A stretch of DNA of 64,000 nt from Podarcis melisellensis (Eukaryota): NCBI GenBank assembly GCA_964234715.1, contig OZ174277.1, one strand, 5' to 3'. The stretch's first letter is position 1, and each line of letters opens with the position of its first letter. Positions 36,079 through 49,987 of the stretch are shown piece after piece. The notes under the pieces were generated by a model, which saw nothing but the letters and a program-made list of their open reading frames with translations, was not told the DNA's origin and ran no database searches. The translations under genes and the position numbers were made by a program.

Positions 36079-39000
36079 ACCACCTTCCTAATAACTGCAG
36101 TTCTAAAGCACGCACAAGCATGTTGAATTTATCGAACAATGTTTCATTCCGGATGAATTTTTCTGATAGTTTTATACAGCCAATACAATCATATCACAAG
36201 CTTCATGGATAGTTTAAAGGACTTGGCAGCAGAGTGCGTTGGAGTGTGTGTATGTATGTATGGTCTGCATCGCAGAGCTGTTGATACATATATGGAATCT
36301 TCATAAAGAGCTCAGTTGAATTGCAATGTGTATTTTAGCTTTTGTCGCTGAGGAAAACCAATAAACCAGACAGAGAAAACACACAACCCTTTTCACCTGG
36401 TCCCCTGGGGAGTCTGACATGTATAAAGAGGAATCTCCTTTGTGCGTATCAATTAATTATATATCTGATAAACAAATTATTACCAGCAAAGGGGGAGGTC
36501 TACTTCTTGCCCAAGAATAATGGCGGTGAGAAAGACTAGGGAGAGTTGAAGAGGAAAACACCCATATCGTTATCTAGTATTGATACCATTCAGATGTATT
36601 TATGTGTCTGGTTCAAGTGACCCAACTGGTTGCAATAAGACCTTTTATGGAATCTTAATCAGAAGCAAACAGTTCCAGCACATGCACAGTTTTCAGCTAA
36701 GCTGCAAGAAATGAGTGAGCCTTATGGTGGTTTGTTGCTATAAAGGGCAGAATTTCTTTGGTGCCTTACTTTTTAATCTTAATTTTTCCAGGGTGAAAAT
36801 TAAGTTGTTGTTGTTTTTTAAAAAACAAACAAACGAAAACAAAAACAGCTTCAGCAGGGATGTAACCTAAACAGGAAATAAAATAATAATAACAGGGTGG
36901 ATCGAATATTATTAGAAACCTGTATCCTTTGAAATACTGTGTTTGATTTCCTATTCAAATGCATCTATTCTTCATTTTTGCTCAATTGCTTTTTGATTTG
37001 CCATAGTTAGGAAGGACTGAAGAAGAAGAAGAAACAATAGAGAGATGTCTCTTGTAAACAAGCATTAGCTGCTTGAACATTTCTATGGCAACTGTCTGTT
37101 GCTGTGATTTTTCCCTTTCCCCCCCTGGTATAATGAAGTTCATGAACCAGTGGCATGCTTTATTCTGTTTCACATCATTTTCTCTCTTTAAAATTGTAAA
37201 GAGCATGTACTGGGGTTTCATATAACTTTAGGGTTGTTTTTTTATTTTGGGGAAGAAAAGCACAATGTTACTAAATGATGTGGTGATATAAGATTTTATC
37301 TGAAATGAATGTAAGGGTTTTATTTTTATTTTTTAAAGATTATCTTGGAGAAACAGGGGGGATAATCTTCAATTGTAAGAAGCACATTTTGTTCATTTTC
37401 AGGTGTCTTCAATTTAAAACACACATTTTGAGCAGGATCTGGCTGAAGTTCAGGCCATTTGAATCCCACACGTAACAGGGGGAGGGTTAGGCACACCATG
37501 AATTTTGCCCCACTGAAATCGCCAAGATATTTTGATTGCTGAAAGAACCAACCAACCAGATGGGGGGGGCACTCAACTCTTTACATTTATCCTCCCCACA
37601 GGAGAGCAAGACCTGAATTAAGAGCAATCTTAATTTTAGCACAACGCTTAACCTTGTTTTTGTTTAGGGGCAAATGAAGAGCTTCCTTTAACTGAGACTT
37701 AATCTATGTTTCAGTCACCACAGAATTCCAAATTATCAGCAGGGCGTATTCAATTGTAACCTCCCGCCACACACCCCACACAAAAGAAAGAGGGGGATGT
37801 TTGATCTTCAAGGCCTGTTTGCTCTTCCCTTAAACCTCTGTTTTTTATTCCCAGTGCAATAGCCACATGGATTACTCAAATAACTATGGGCACTTCCAGA
37901 TTGTGCTATTTTCAAGTGGGATTCAATCATGTACCAGCAAATTCAGGTTGTGCTGTTGATTTAACCTGCAAATCCCCCACCTGCAAATTCAGACTTTCTG
38001 TGATATGGAAAGTGATGGGGAAATGTGCTGGAAAACGTCTAACCTACCCGTAAACAAATTGGGATGAAGTCACAATAAATAGGTCATTGGAAAGTGACTT
38101 CCATAGTATCTCTCAAATCTCTCATTCCTCACCCTACAGTCTACAGGTTGCAGACAAAGGGCCAAGTGAGGCTAACTAACTATTCAGCAGCTCCTGTTCC
38201 CCTATGGGCACACTTTTGATGCAGTTCTCAGCCAGGATGTGATGGGAAGGACTTCTACCAGAGGGCTGCTGCCAGCCAGAGCATACAATATTTGGCAAGG
38301 TGGATACAGTGTTTGGCATGGTATAAGGCACTTCCTATGCTCAGGTTTGACCTGAGAACCATCCGACCTCATTGCAGATATGGAAGGTCCATTGTAGCTA
38401 CTCAAAATAGATCCCAGGGATTATCTGTATGGTGGTGGCCTAGGTACCTGCAACTAGCAACCAGTGAGAATTTCCCCTTGTTTTATTTTAACAATGGAAC
38501 TGGGAGCTCACTGTAGGGACAAAGCTGAAAATGTGGTAGGGATTTTAAACCAATTTGAAATATGTAGGGTTCAGGAATGTGGCAGTGGAGCGGGTGACCT
38601 TGCTGTGACCTTATCTGTTTGTGACACCCATGGGCCACCAGGTTAGCTAAGCTGTTATGCTTCCACATCTACTGCAAGCCAGAGCTGAGCAGGGGAAGGA
38701 GGATAATATGGGTGGATTTTAACAGGGGTTCCAAATCTGAGAACATGGGACCAGTCATAGAACTACACAAGCAAGCAGATGGGGCAGGTGAGGGACACTC
38801 CAACAGCTGGGAAGGGATGCAAAGCAGAAAGCTCAAGATCTTAGGAGCCAGCCATGAAGAACCAAGTCCTTGACCAGGGACAACTTCATTACGGATTTCA
38901 GTGTTTTCTTTTGTTCTATTCCACTCACCCTCCTGCATTCTTTTTAAAACACCTAGGTGAGATTGCACAGTAGACCAACACATTCTGTTGTCATCGTTAA

Positions 39001-39510
39001 CAGCTTGTCATTTGCATAAGGTATGATTGTGTTGAAGATATTTCTACCTTTCTTGGGTGTATTTCTTGGAAATATACAGACAAAATTCTGCAGAGAATTA
39101 AATATAACCTTTATCTATGCCAAAAGTCAGAAATTTGCAAGGATGATCAATTCTAATATTTTAAAAAAATTATCCTACCTTATTTCTCCAAGACAAAAGC
39201 ATTTTTAAAAATTGCTATCAATATTAAATATAGGTCTCATTCATACAGTGTATGAGTAGGCTCATTTAGTCATTTGTCCACATGGACCTTTTTTTTTTAA
39301 TTGCTGATTTTTCTTGTGTTTATATTCAGTTGAGAATAGAAAAATCTGTTCTTTTCCAGTATATGTCAAACATCTGATGTTTTAAGCTTAGATATTTAGG
39401 TACTTGTATACTAAGTGGTGTTGTAGTAAAGTGAGTTTTTTTCTTGATATATATTTATTAAAATGATTAAAAATCATTTTGATTAAAAACCTTTAAATGT
39501 GGTGGTTGTT
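36079..39510 (+). other. SERTAD4: Probable long SERTAD4 3' UTR
   Basis: AT-rich and largely TE-free; AATAAA near 36877; ATTAAA cluster at ~39457-39487 followed by GT-rich tgtggtggttgtttattt; the end point is inferred. Confidence 0.55.
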
Positions 39511-40519
39511 TATTTCGCCATCGAGAAACAGCATTTAAGTGAAATGTTTCTGTGGGCAAAATATATGGCTGATTCTGTTCCTTTTGGCTAGATCAACCCA
39601 AGGATTAAATTTCAGATCACTTTGGTATGTCAATCTATTATGCCCACTTTATATATTGATAAATGCCTCTTGCAGTTTGCAAGCACTGAGACTTTCCTGC
39701 TAAAACGGATAATCCCTCTTTCCCTTTTCCTTAATCTGATAATTGTTGACAACATGTGTACATGAAAATTGCCCTGGATTTGGACAGCAAATTCCCTTCT
39801 TCTAATGTGAGGCTGCTTTGCAATTCCCACAGCTCAACAATGTGTCCCCATTTTGCTTTTTCCCATGTGGGAATGAAGGCCAAAATCAGTGGTGCATCTT
39901 GGGGTTTCAAATTTCAGTGGCACCCTGTGCAACACCAAAATTCAGCACCCCTTTGAACTGGTTGTGCTCCCCTAAATCCACCTCTGCCACTCTTACGAAG
40001 CAGAATTAATGCTGTTGTTTCTTTAAGTTTCATGGGGAAGATGTCAGACATTTCCAGTACTGTAACTGGAAGCCTCATTCTGATGAACTACTCACTTCAT
40101 TAATGGGGTTAAACCAGCGAGGCCTACCCCGATCACACATACTCTGCCTGGCCCCAACTGTGCACAGATAGCAGAGTCAGGGCCAGCCAGATTTTGTGAT
40201 ATTAGGGGCAGAACTAGCTGGCAAAGCCCCATTCCACAGCTTACACTTCAACAGAAGGTGTGAGTAGTTTGCTGGAACAGGGCTAAATTATCTTGGACTA
40301 CATGATTATGGGTACCGAGCTTCTGCCCGGATGAGGAAATCCACACAAATTGGGATGGTTCTAGATGGCCCATGAGTGGTTTTGAACTCATGGAATCTCC
40401 TGTTCATGGAAGAGGGGGGAGGCGAATCCATTTCTGCAGGTGGCAGCCTCCACTGGATTAGCAACCTTTTTATAAACTAAGGTTCTCTGACATTCAGGAA
40501 AGGAGACTCCATTCCCTCT

Positions 40520-40920
40520 GAATTGGATTGGCAGAACAAAACGTTAGAATATGCAGAGTTAACAAGATTGACAGCAAGATTCAGAGATTATACAGACCAA
40601 ATATTTAACAGAGAGTGGGATATTTACAGAGTACACCTAAAAGAACAATGTAAAAATCTAAATTCTTTGACAGGCCTGGATTGGCTTCTGAATGAAACAA
40701 GAGAATTTTACAAAACCAATACAACCAAAACAACTTAGGAGAGAGAAAGTTAAGCGAGTAGTCAAAAATGTAATTTAGGAACCACAATGGGGGGATTGGA
40801 AATCATGTTGGAATTAGTTATGTATGAATCTAATATTTTTTTTGTAATAAGTATTGATTTTGGATTGTTTTTGTTGATTGTTTTGTGTTGTTTCGTTTTT
40901 AAAACCAATAAAACATAAAA
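40520..40920 (+). mobile_element. L1/Tx1-like LINE 3' fragment
   Basis: DWQNKTLEYAELTRLTARFR..FNREW resembles squamate L1 ORF2 C-termini (recall); T-rich 3' UTR, then aataaa and an A-rich end. Confidence 0.55.
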
Positions 40921-40929
40921 AGACATCCA

Positions 40930-41280
40930 GGAAAGTGCCAGGGCGTACGTGCTAGTGAGAATGAATTTGCTGCCATTGGCAGTACTGCAGAAGAGATTCC
41001 ATAAAATACCACTTGCAGAGAGACTATGCCTCTCTGAACAGAATCCTATAGAATCAGTCGTGCATGTTCTTTTGAACTGCCCCTTGTATCAGACAAGTCA
41101 ATCTAAGTTCATCAAGCAGTTGGTTGGTAGCAGAGCATGGCAGTCAGATGAATGTAAGGTAGACTTCCTAATGTTCATGCAGATGGAGATAGTAGCCAGG
41201 TTTCTGCAACATGCCACGAGGATTCGTGAATGTTATACAAGAGTATTTAAATTTGTTAGATGCGGATTTTTTTGAGAGAT
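40930..41280 (+). mobile_element. Non-LTR retrotransposon C-terminal zinc-knuckle remnant (RTE-X-like)
   Basis: RFHKIPLAERLC..IESVVHVLLNCPLY is a degenerate CCHC-type motif found after RT. Confidence 0.6.
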
Positions 41281-41329
41281 TTTACTGTACGCCGCCTCCT
41301 CTCATGTGGAAAAAGACTTCCACATACAT

Positions 41330-41600
41330 TGTTGTTGTTTAGTCCATTAGTCATGTCCAACTCTTTGTGACCCCATGGACCAGAGCATGCCAGGCACTCC
41401 TGTCTTCCACTGACTCCCAGAGTTTCATCAAATTCATGTTGGTTGCTTCTATAACACTCATCTCATCCTCTGTAGTTCCCTTCTCCTTGTGCCCTCAATC
41501 TTACCAAACAGAGTTTTTTCCAGACAGTCTTCTCTTCTCATGAGGTGGCCAAAGTATTTAAGCCTCAGCTTCACGATCTGTCCTTCCAGTGAGCACTCAT
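41330..41600 (-). mobile_element. BovB LINE 3' fragment (older copy)
   Basis: Aligns to 13167-13450; (CAA)n tail; 11-bp TSD tccacatacat (41319-41329, 41613-41623). Confidence 0.9.
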
Positions 41601-41950
41601 CCACAACAGGCATCCACATACATATCACCAGCTAAATCAAGAACTTCAAGAGTAAGCCAGATATGCGTCCCCAGGCAGGTACCATCTACACCCACTTCAG
41701 TACTTTCAGTGAGATGTGTTCAAGGATGCGCATTGATAAATGTATCCTCAATTCTATCCTGGAAGATCTAATCACTCATGACCCTTGGGGTCCCTTCCAA
41801 CTCTATGATTTTATGATAAAACCAATTATTACTTTTGACCAGGGTTGGACTGTGGTGTTCAGCTTTCCACACTGATGTAGAAGAACCTTAAAGATTCTGA
41901 TATCTTCTTTAGTGAGTGAAGCCAACACATCTTTATATAGGAAGATGAAC

Positions 41951-41951
<1 letters not shown>

Positions 41952-41997
<46 letters not shown>
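41952..41997. repeat. (CAGA)n microsatellite
   Basis: Direct reading. Confidence 0.95.
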
Positions 41998-44900
41998 TTT
42001 CTTTCATTCAAATCATTGGAAGAACATTCAAAGGTGTGGGGGTGCCTCTCAATTCTGACTTGCAAATTATTGATGTACGACAAAATCCTCATTTGAAGAA
42101 TTCTCAGTGTAATCCTATTCTTGCTTACTCTGATGTAAATCCTGCTGAAAATATTACAAAGGAGAGCTGGGCCTAAGCAGCAAATCTTATGGGGAAAGGT
42201 GGAAGAAAGTGGGTTAACAAAAACAGATTAATTTTTGATTTTTAGAAATTTAAAGAAAGGGAAGAAAGGGGGGAAGGAGTTCACTGGATTCACTGAGGGT
42301 AGGATAACAAGCTCTAGGTTCTACTTCTGAGATGTGTGTTAAAAGTAAACATTGGGGAATACTTTTTAAATGTCTGAGCATATCAGCAACACAGTAAGTA
42401 GCACAGGGGTACAGTGGTGTCTTATATCCTTGGAGGTTTTCAAGAAAAAAGAGTGTGCAGGCAACTAGAAAGGCTGTGAAGGATGTCCTGCTGGGCAGAA
42501 ATTAATCCCTATATGTAAAATTGATTGGTTCCCCTCCCCTAATATTTTTACTGGGGGAAAACTAAAAATAGAACATTTAATAAAATAATATGTGCATAAG
42601 GGAAAAGGATTATAGGACAAAATTGTCCAAAGCTGCTTGTCAGAAAGTGGGCGCTAGCTAGCATTATGGATGGATGGATGGATATCCCACCTTTTCCCCA
42701 AAGACACAAGGCAGCATTCAACGGTTTCTGCAGGCAGCAGGTTAAATCAAGGATAAGCATATTGTTAATGGGTCCTGCCATTTCTTGAAGCCTAACGAGG
42801 TAGAACCTTTACATTTCTAAGGCCACATACCACTCTGAGTTGGGGAAGTAATGAATGACATCTATCACAGGAGCTCAGCATCAGGGCCACGAGGCAAGGT
42901 GAGGCCTCATGCTGCAGGATCCTCAGGGACAGCAGATCCTGATGTTGATCTTCCTTTCCCCTTTATTCCTGATGTAGATGTTTCCTCACCTGTTCTTATG
43001 TGGTGGTGGGTAGGGGACACCATTTTGGGGTTGCTTCAGGTGCCAAAATTTGCTGGGCCAAACTTGCTTAGTATACGGACCTCCTCCAAGTAACACAAAG
43101 CCCATTAAATTGTTATATTTACAATCCCAGAATGGAGTAGGCCTGACAAGAGTACTCAGACTTGCCTTCTAGCATCTCAGGGAAACAAGGTGATACTGCG
43201 CGGGGGAGGGGGGGGGACAAGAATGGAGGCTGGGGGAAGGAAAGACCCACGCCTGTATTTATTACAACAGACGGCTTTGCAAGCTTACCAAATGGAATTT
43301 GGAACTTTCAAATGAGTGCATTGGTTACAATTCACAGACCCAATTTCACCCCTTCAATTCTCCTTCAATAAGTAAATTCCAGGGACAGTAGCGGGTCTTC
43401 TCAAACAACCACTCTCTGAAGCCATTTCCGTCATCTCCCTAAGCTTGTGGAGCCCTTCCTTGCAGCTCTTTGGCCGGCATGACAATGTCTTACTGACGTA
43501 CTTGAGATTATATCTGATGATTTTACCTTAAAGTTGCATTGGCTAGCCCTCGGCTTGCTTCCTTTTGAATTTGTAATTGGGTTGGCTGCTTGCTGATTTT
43601 CTTTTCTTTTAAAGAAGCTTGGAAGCTCTGTACAGCTCTTGTTAATTTCATTTCATCTGCAAGTTAGCTCTCACAATGATGCTGCTTGGGCTTTTTTCTG
43701 TCCTCGGTCCACAGTTGTGGCATTAAACTGAAAACTCTATCACAGTAGGCATTAGACACGCCAACTCAGAGTATTCCCTTTTGTTTGTTGTAGCAAATGC
43801 AAACTTTAAATACAAATGGAGGGCCCCTGATGGATTCACTTTGCTTCAGATAGTTCTGCAGCTGAGAAATGGGTCAGCAGTTAAGACATAAATGTAAAAG
43901 CCAGATAAGACTGCAAAACCATTCTGCAAAATTATTCAAAAATGACACAATTATTAGCTTGTTGCAATGATTTTCTGGAAGTATGGTTGCAGTATCTACT
44001 GGCCAGGTGGATGGCATCTGTAGTACCAAACATCTGGACTGCACCAGGGTGGGGGAGGCTGATATATGTTGTGAAGAGGTTGAATCAAAGAGGCATCTAG
44101 ACAAACTCTTCCACAAAGCTATAAAAATGTGAAGGTTTTACAAGCCATCATCTATAATTAGTCAAATCAGGAATATTTCAGACATACACCATTTCCAGTC
44201 ATCCTTTTTATAAAAATAGAGTATCACTTCTGTTGCTGAGGCAGATGGAAAGAATTGACTGTACTATAGTACACAGAGATTCCCTTGTGGTGTTGCAAAC
44301 TATCTCTCTGAGGTCCAGTTTTATTTTAATGTAAACACACCCCTGGCAGTCTGCCCAGATCTTCTGAAGCAGTTAATCCAGCTCAGATTAATTCTGAGAA
44401 TGTGAGAGATGCATCCAAGACCATCTAAGGCTCGGTATTGGCCCCTGTGAACTGAACAGCTATAAATGCCGGGCGTGCGGAAGCTCATTAGGATGTCAGG
44501 ATGGGATCTCCAAGGCTTTCCAAAGAATAGATAATGCTGTGACAGCAAGGCCTGGATGAACTAATTGTCACATAAGCAGCCTCTGGTAAGATTTGCAATG
44601 TCTCAGATCAGATTTCCAGGCCCAGCCAGCTCATCATGCAGTCACATCTTGGTTTAGGAGTAGCCATACACTACTATTCCTCCTTTCCAGGATGCTGCGT
44701 TAATTGATCATTCACAACACTGATCTCGAGGTCTATGGCATGTTCCTTTCACAGGGACTCCGTAGACCAGAAACCTCAGAACCAGAAGCAGCTAGCCCTC
44801 CAGCAGGTGGGTCACTGAGGCTTACCAGGAGGGGCGAGGCAGTGGAGAGGCTGGTGCAGTGCAAATGCACTGGCAGGAACCTCAGATTCTGTCCACTGGT

Positions 44901-45439
44901 ACCTTTGCACTGTACCAAACTCCCCACTGCTTCACCCCTCGCCCTTTTTCCTTACTGGAAAGCAACAGCGACCCACCTGTCAGGAAGCTAGCACAACAGC
45001 TCCTTCCCACATGTATGATCAAGTTGAGATCCCTGCATTACAGGGAGTTGGGGGAGAAGACTGTTGGGGGTCCCTCTCAATTCTACAATTCTATGATCAA
45101 GCAAGGCTTTGGACCCATCTGCCACTGCATGTTGGTTCTTCAAGGCCATTGTACAAAATGATGCACAAAAATCCGAGGTAAGGGAATATAGCTAGGCTGC
45201 AAAGGAACTAGGAGATCAGGGGTGGAGAACCTCTAGCCTATGGGGGTCAAATTTGGCCCACGAAGCTGTTTCCCTCAAAACGTAATTTGTGATGCCAGGC
45301 ATGGAGCAGCCAGAGGCTTGACAGCAGACGCAGAACAAGGAGACTTAAAGTGTGCTCCTGATTGTGTGTTGGCAAGGGGAAGTAGACTTTGGCTGCCAAG
45401 TGTTGGCCCATGAGCCTAGTTTCTGGCGTGCAGAGTAAT

Positions 45440-46105
45440 AACAATACTAATAAATAATATTTATTTATTTATTTATACCACGTCCTCCCCAGCCAAAACC
45501 GGGCTCAGGGCGGCTAACACCAGATATAAAACAATTGATTAAGATACAACTTAAAAACAAGATTAAAATACAACATTAAAATGCAGCCTCATTTCAATAG
45601 AAACTCAATTCAGAAACTTTTTGGGGATGAAAACGTCAAATCTTCACCAAGGCTAACTATTCAGATTTGTCCTACCTGGGCCAGAAAAAGCCAGGGAAGT
45701 CCCCAAATAGGGGTTCCATCACAGAAGGAAAAAGGAAAGAGGGGGAGGGGATCAAGTTGATTCCAAGCCAAAGGCCAGGTGGAACAACTCTGTCTTACAG
45801 GCCCTGAGGAAAGAAATCAGATCCTGCAGGGCCCTGGTCTCATGAGGCAGAGCGTTCCACCAGGCCGGAGCCAGATGAAAAGGGCCTGGCTCTGGTTGAA
45901 GCCAATCTAACTTCCTTAGGGCCTGGGACCTCTACGGTGTTGCTATTTATGGACCTTAAGGTCCTCCACGGGGCATACTGGGAGAGGTGGTCCCATAGGT
46001 ATGAGGGTCCTGGCCATGAAGGGCTTTAAAGGTCAAAAACAGCACCTTAAATCTGATCCTGTACGCCACTGGGAGCCAGTGCAGGTGGAAAAGCACTGGG
46101 TGAAC
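45440..46105 (-). mobile_element. L2-clade LINE, second subfamily with a longer 3' UTR
   Basis: HPVLFHLHWLPVAYRIRFKVLFLTFKALHG motif; AT-rich tail at 45440-45478. Confidence 0.8.
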
Positions 46106-46199
46106 CGAAAAAGGTTCTCCACCCCAGCTATATGTGCTGATAGCATATGATTCTCTTAGTGCATAGTATGGGGAAAGGGGATAGAAAAGCCCAATATTA

Positions 46200-46570
46200 C
46201 GCTGAAACTCCTGGATGTCCAATGAAGCTGGATGTTGGAATCTGCAGGGGGCATGAAAGAGAGCTATTCTTCATGCAGCGCATAGTGAAACTATGGGCTT
46301 TGCACCTGGTGGTGGTGTTAAAAGAGGATTGGGCAAATTCATGGAGGATAAGGCTATCAACAGTTATTACCATGATGGTTGTGCTCTGCCTCCATAGCTG
46401 GAAGCTGTAATGTTGCTGGATTCCATGCTCTGGTAACTGTGGGAGGGAAGAGTGTTCTTGTGCTTTGGTGCTGCTTGTGAGTTTCCCACAGGCATCTGGT
46501 GGGAACAGGATGCTACACTAGATGAGCCATTGGCCTGATCCAGTAGCCTCTTCTTCTATTCTTATGCTTA
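46200..46570 (+). mobile_element. Degraded CR1-type 3' fragment
   Basis: ccaatgaagctg.atgttggaa..ttcttcatgcagcgcatagtgaaactatgg..aaaagaggattgggcaaattcatggaggataaggctatcaa. Confidence 0.65.
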
Positions 46571-47359
46571 AGTGCCTAGCTAGTATTTGGGCAGCCCTGA
46601 TAAAGATGATTTGGTTGGTCCTAAGAAAGTGATTGCCCAACTGTGGATTTTGAGTATTTTCTTTATGAACTGCCTTAACTACCTTTGCTTTTTATTCTTT
46701 TATTTTTATTTTTATTTTTTTAAAAACAACATTACAAGCATTGCTTGTTTCATTCTTTTTGGTTGTTCCTCTTCATCAGAAAATGTTTTTTTCCAGCTAC
46801 TCGGAGCTATTAGATGCACTTAGGGCCAATTCACACATGTTATGTGTATCACTGGATATCTCAGCTGACACACACCGCTTCATTCATCGTCGAATGTGTA
46901 AATTGATTCCATTGAAAAGTTTTGTGTTTGGCATAGTATGAAAGCACCATTTGATCTGGAACGGCTGCAAATAATCATATTACGGCGTGTTTATTGATAG
47001 ATGCAGGTTGTTTGTGTGTGTGTATGCATGTGTGAAATCTTCACAGGGGTTTCTGAACATAAGTTCTTGTTCAGAACGGTCTTGATGCCAATAATGCTGT
47101 TGGAACTTTCATCTGTGTGAAGGTAAAGAAAGGATGTTACCTGCTGCTAGTATTCTATATAGCTGCTGTAGGGAAGAAGGAAGGGCCATAGCTGTGTTAT
47201 AGCGGACACACTTGGCACATAAATAGTTCTAAATTCAATCCCTGGCATCTTTAGGTAGGGATGGAAAGCTTCCCATTCAAAATTCTGCAAAGCTCCTGCC
47301 AGTCAGTCAGATCTCCTGAAGGTCCAGTTTAGTCCGCCCTAAACTTTATGCACATATTT

Positions 47360-47585
47360 ATTTATTATATTTATTATCCCACCTTTGCCTTCCAAGGATG
47401 TCAAGGTGGCACACATAGTGTCTCCTCCCCCTCCTCCCCATTTCACCCCCACAGCAACCCTGTGGGGTAGGTTAGGCTGAGAGACAGTGACCGCTCCAAG
47501 GTCACCCAGTGAGCTTCATGGCTGAGCGGGGATTCGAACCCTGCTCTCCCAGTCCGAGTCCAACACTCTAACCATTACGCCACAC
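47360..47585 (-). mobile_element. tRNA/CORE-type squamate SINE (Squam3-like)
   Basis: Reverse complement begins gtgtggcgtaatggttagagtg (A box) and has gggttcgaatccc (B box); AT-rich tail. Confidence 0.75.
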
Positions 47586-48270
47586 GGGTCTTTCTCAGAC
47601 TAAGGACCACATAAGCCCCTCTGGGCAGACAGCCTGGGATTGGGGCACGTGACAGTGGTAGGTAGGGCCAGAGGGAATTTTGAGCAAAGCAATGGATGCA
47701 AATGCAAACAGATGCAAATTTGTTACTGCTTTCACTTTCAGGGATGGCCCTTCTCCCTCCTAGTAGCAGCAGCTGCACAGTCCATCATGCTTTGGTCCCC
47801 TTTAATCAGTCTGGTTCCACTGGATCCCTGCCACTTTCGGATTGCAGAAATCACTGCACATGTGGGGAATTAATTGTTTGAATCCAGTCGGAGGACCTGC
47901 AATTTTAGAAGTAGCAGAATCTTTAAGAGAAGGTGAAGAAGGCTGCCCTCTTCCCCTCCTCCCAACCCGCTTTGCTCCTTTTAATGGGCTGGCTGGCTCT
48001 TGGCTATGATTCCAGGGCAGCTTGAAGCAGCTGGCAAGCGATTATTAGCATAACAAAGAACTGTATAACAGCATTGTTCTATGCACTTGCAAGCTTTCAA
48101 AATATCTTGAATCTGATGTGTGCGTTTTTACACACAGTTGAGTTCCATTTAGAACTGGGCAAAGTTAAAGTGCGCTTTTGGACATTCGTGGAATGAAAAT
48201 TATAGCTTTGCCACATTGCCACAGCAGTCTGGCAGTGAGAGATTCTTCTGCACGTATCTGCAGACCATTG

Positions 48271-48272
<2 letters not shown>

Positions 48273-48307
<35 letters not shown>
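48273..48307. repeat. (AC)n microsatellite
   Basis: Direct reading. Confidence 0.95.
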
Positions 48308-48309
<2 letters not shown>

Positions 48310-48986
48310 AGTGACATATGCATCTGAACAGATACTTTCTCCATACGTCAAATTTCAATTCTTCTTTACCGTTCTAAAAGGAAGAATCGGTGCTGGCACT
48401 GAAACCTAAGAGTTACACACTTGGAACTCCTGCCTGGTGTGTGTGTGTGTGGGTCTAGTTACACATTTTGGGGCTCAGGCTAGACATTCAGAGCAGTTTT
48501 GAAGGTTGAACCTGGTTTAAATTCAGCCAAGCTCAAAGAGTGAATCCGGATAATCTATTTGCATGATTGTAAGCTCATCTTGAGCAAGCTCCCCTACCCA
48601 CAGGCAAATATTACTTTCAGATGTTCAGAAAACTTCCTGGAAAGGAGACCTCAAATCTACGTTAAGTTTCATATATGTGTAAGTTTTAGCAGGACTGTGA
48701 CAATCTGAGTCACCATTTTCACTAGCGTTATGGCTATGCTTTCCACAATCAAGGAAAGTTGACATACTTGCAGAAATGTGTAGCCATTTCTGAACTCCTT
48801 ACGGATTATCCTGTAGTCCTATTGAGATGCCTGCTGGATGGTTGTTGGAGGGAATTCCTACATTTAGGCTTCATAAGGTTATAAGATTGTAAGTTGCCCC
48901 TGAGATGTCCCTGCCTCATGCCACCAGGCCACCATCTTCACCTACTGTTGGCACTATGAGCAGGGTCTCCCTTGTAGGTGTTAACA

Positions 48987-49239
48987 CAGGGGTCAGCAAA
49001 CTTTTTCAGCAGGGGTCTGGTCCACTGTCCTCAGACATGGGGGCGGACGGCGGACTATATTTTGGAAAAGAAAAAAATGAACAAATTCCTATGCCCCACA
49101 AATAACCCAGAGATGCATTTTAAATAAAAGCACACATTCTACTCATGTAAAAACACACTGATCCCGGACCGTCCGTGGGCTGGATTGAGAAGACAATTGG
49201 GCTGGATCCGGCCCCCGGGCCTTAGTTTGCCTACCCATG
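48987..49239. mobile_element. hAT-family MITE
   Basis: TIRs caggggtcagcaaact / agtttgcctacccatg; 8-bp TSD tgttaaca/ggttaaca. Confidence 0.85.
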
Positions 49240-49761
49240 GGTTAACACATGGTCCAGAAGTTCTGGTGGAGGAACACCTTTATGTCCTCAGGTCACTGTG
49301 TGTGTGTCCACAAAATCCTGAGCTGACACCATGTGTGCCTTTTCTCAACACAGAGAAGCAGTGATAGGAAAAGAGAGAAAAAGCTGCACTTGCTATGCTT
49401 TTGCCAGTCATGAAGCTTTTTGATGCACAAAAGCCCTGCCAGGAAGAAAACCTCAGCAACAGCAAACACAGAGCATCATGAAACAAAGCCCAGTTGGTGG
49501 TTAGGGTGATGCAGGCCTCTGCTTTGGTACTTGGCTATTAGGTATAGGAAAGAAATTTGATTCAGTTCACATTTGATTCAGTTCGCCCAATTTGTACAAA
49601 ACAATAGTCAGCATTTGAATGTTGCACTTCTCCAAATCTTGCCTATACTGCTTTCTCCAAATGCATATAGCAAAGTGTGCAGGATACATGCATATATTAG
49701 TGCAAATAGCATATGAAAATGCATCATATACAGGGTCAAATGTCTTGCAAAAATGTTTATA

Positions 49762-49987
49762 CAGTGGTACCTCAGGTTACATACGCTTCAGGTTACAGAC
49801 TCCGCTAACCCAGAAATAGTGCTTCAGGTTAAGAACTTTGCTTCAGGATAAGAACAGAAATCACACAGCGGCGGCCCGGCGGCAGCAGGAGGCCCCATTA
49901 GCTAAAGTGGTGCTTCAGGTTAAGAACAGTTTCAGGTTAAGTACGGACCTCCGGAACGAATTAAGTACTTAACCCGAGGTACCACTG
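49762..49987. mobile_element. Tigger-like Tc1/mariner MITE, copy 1 of 3
   Basis: TA|cagtggtacctcaggtta...taacccgaggtaccactg|TA; internal repeats of cttcaggtta. Confidence 0.9.

Noticed and set aside
49762-49987. CRISPR-like array (recurring cttcaggttaagaac units)
   Set aside because: Irregular internal repeats of a TA-flanked MITE in a vertebrate genome; no cas genes and no constant repeat-spacer period
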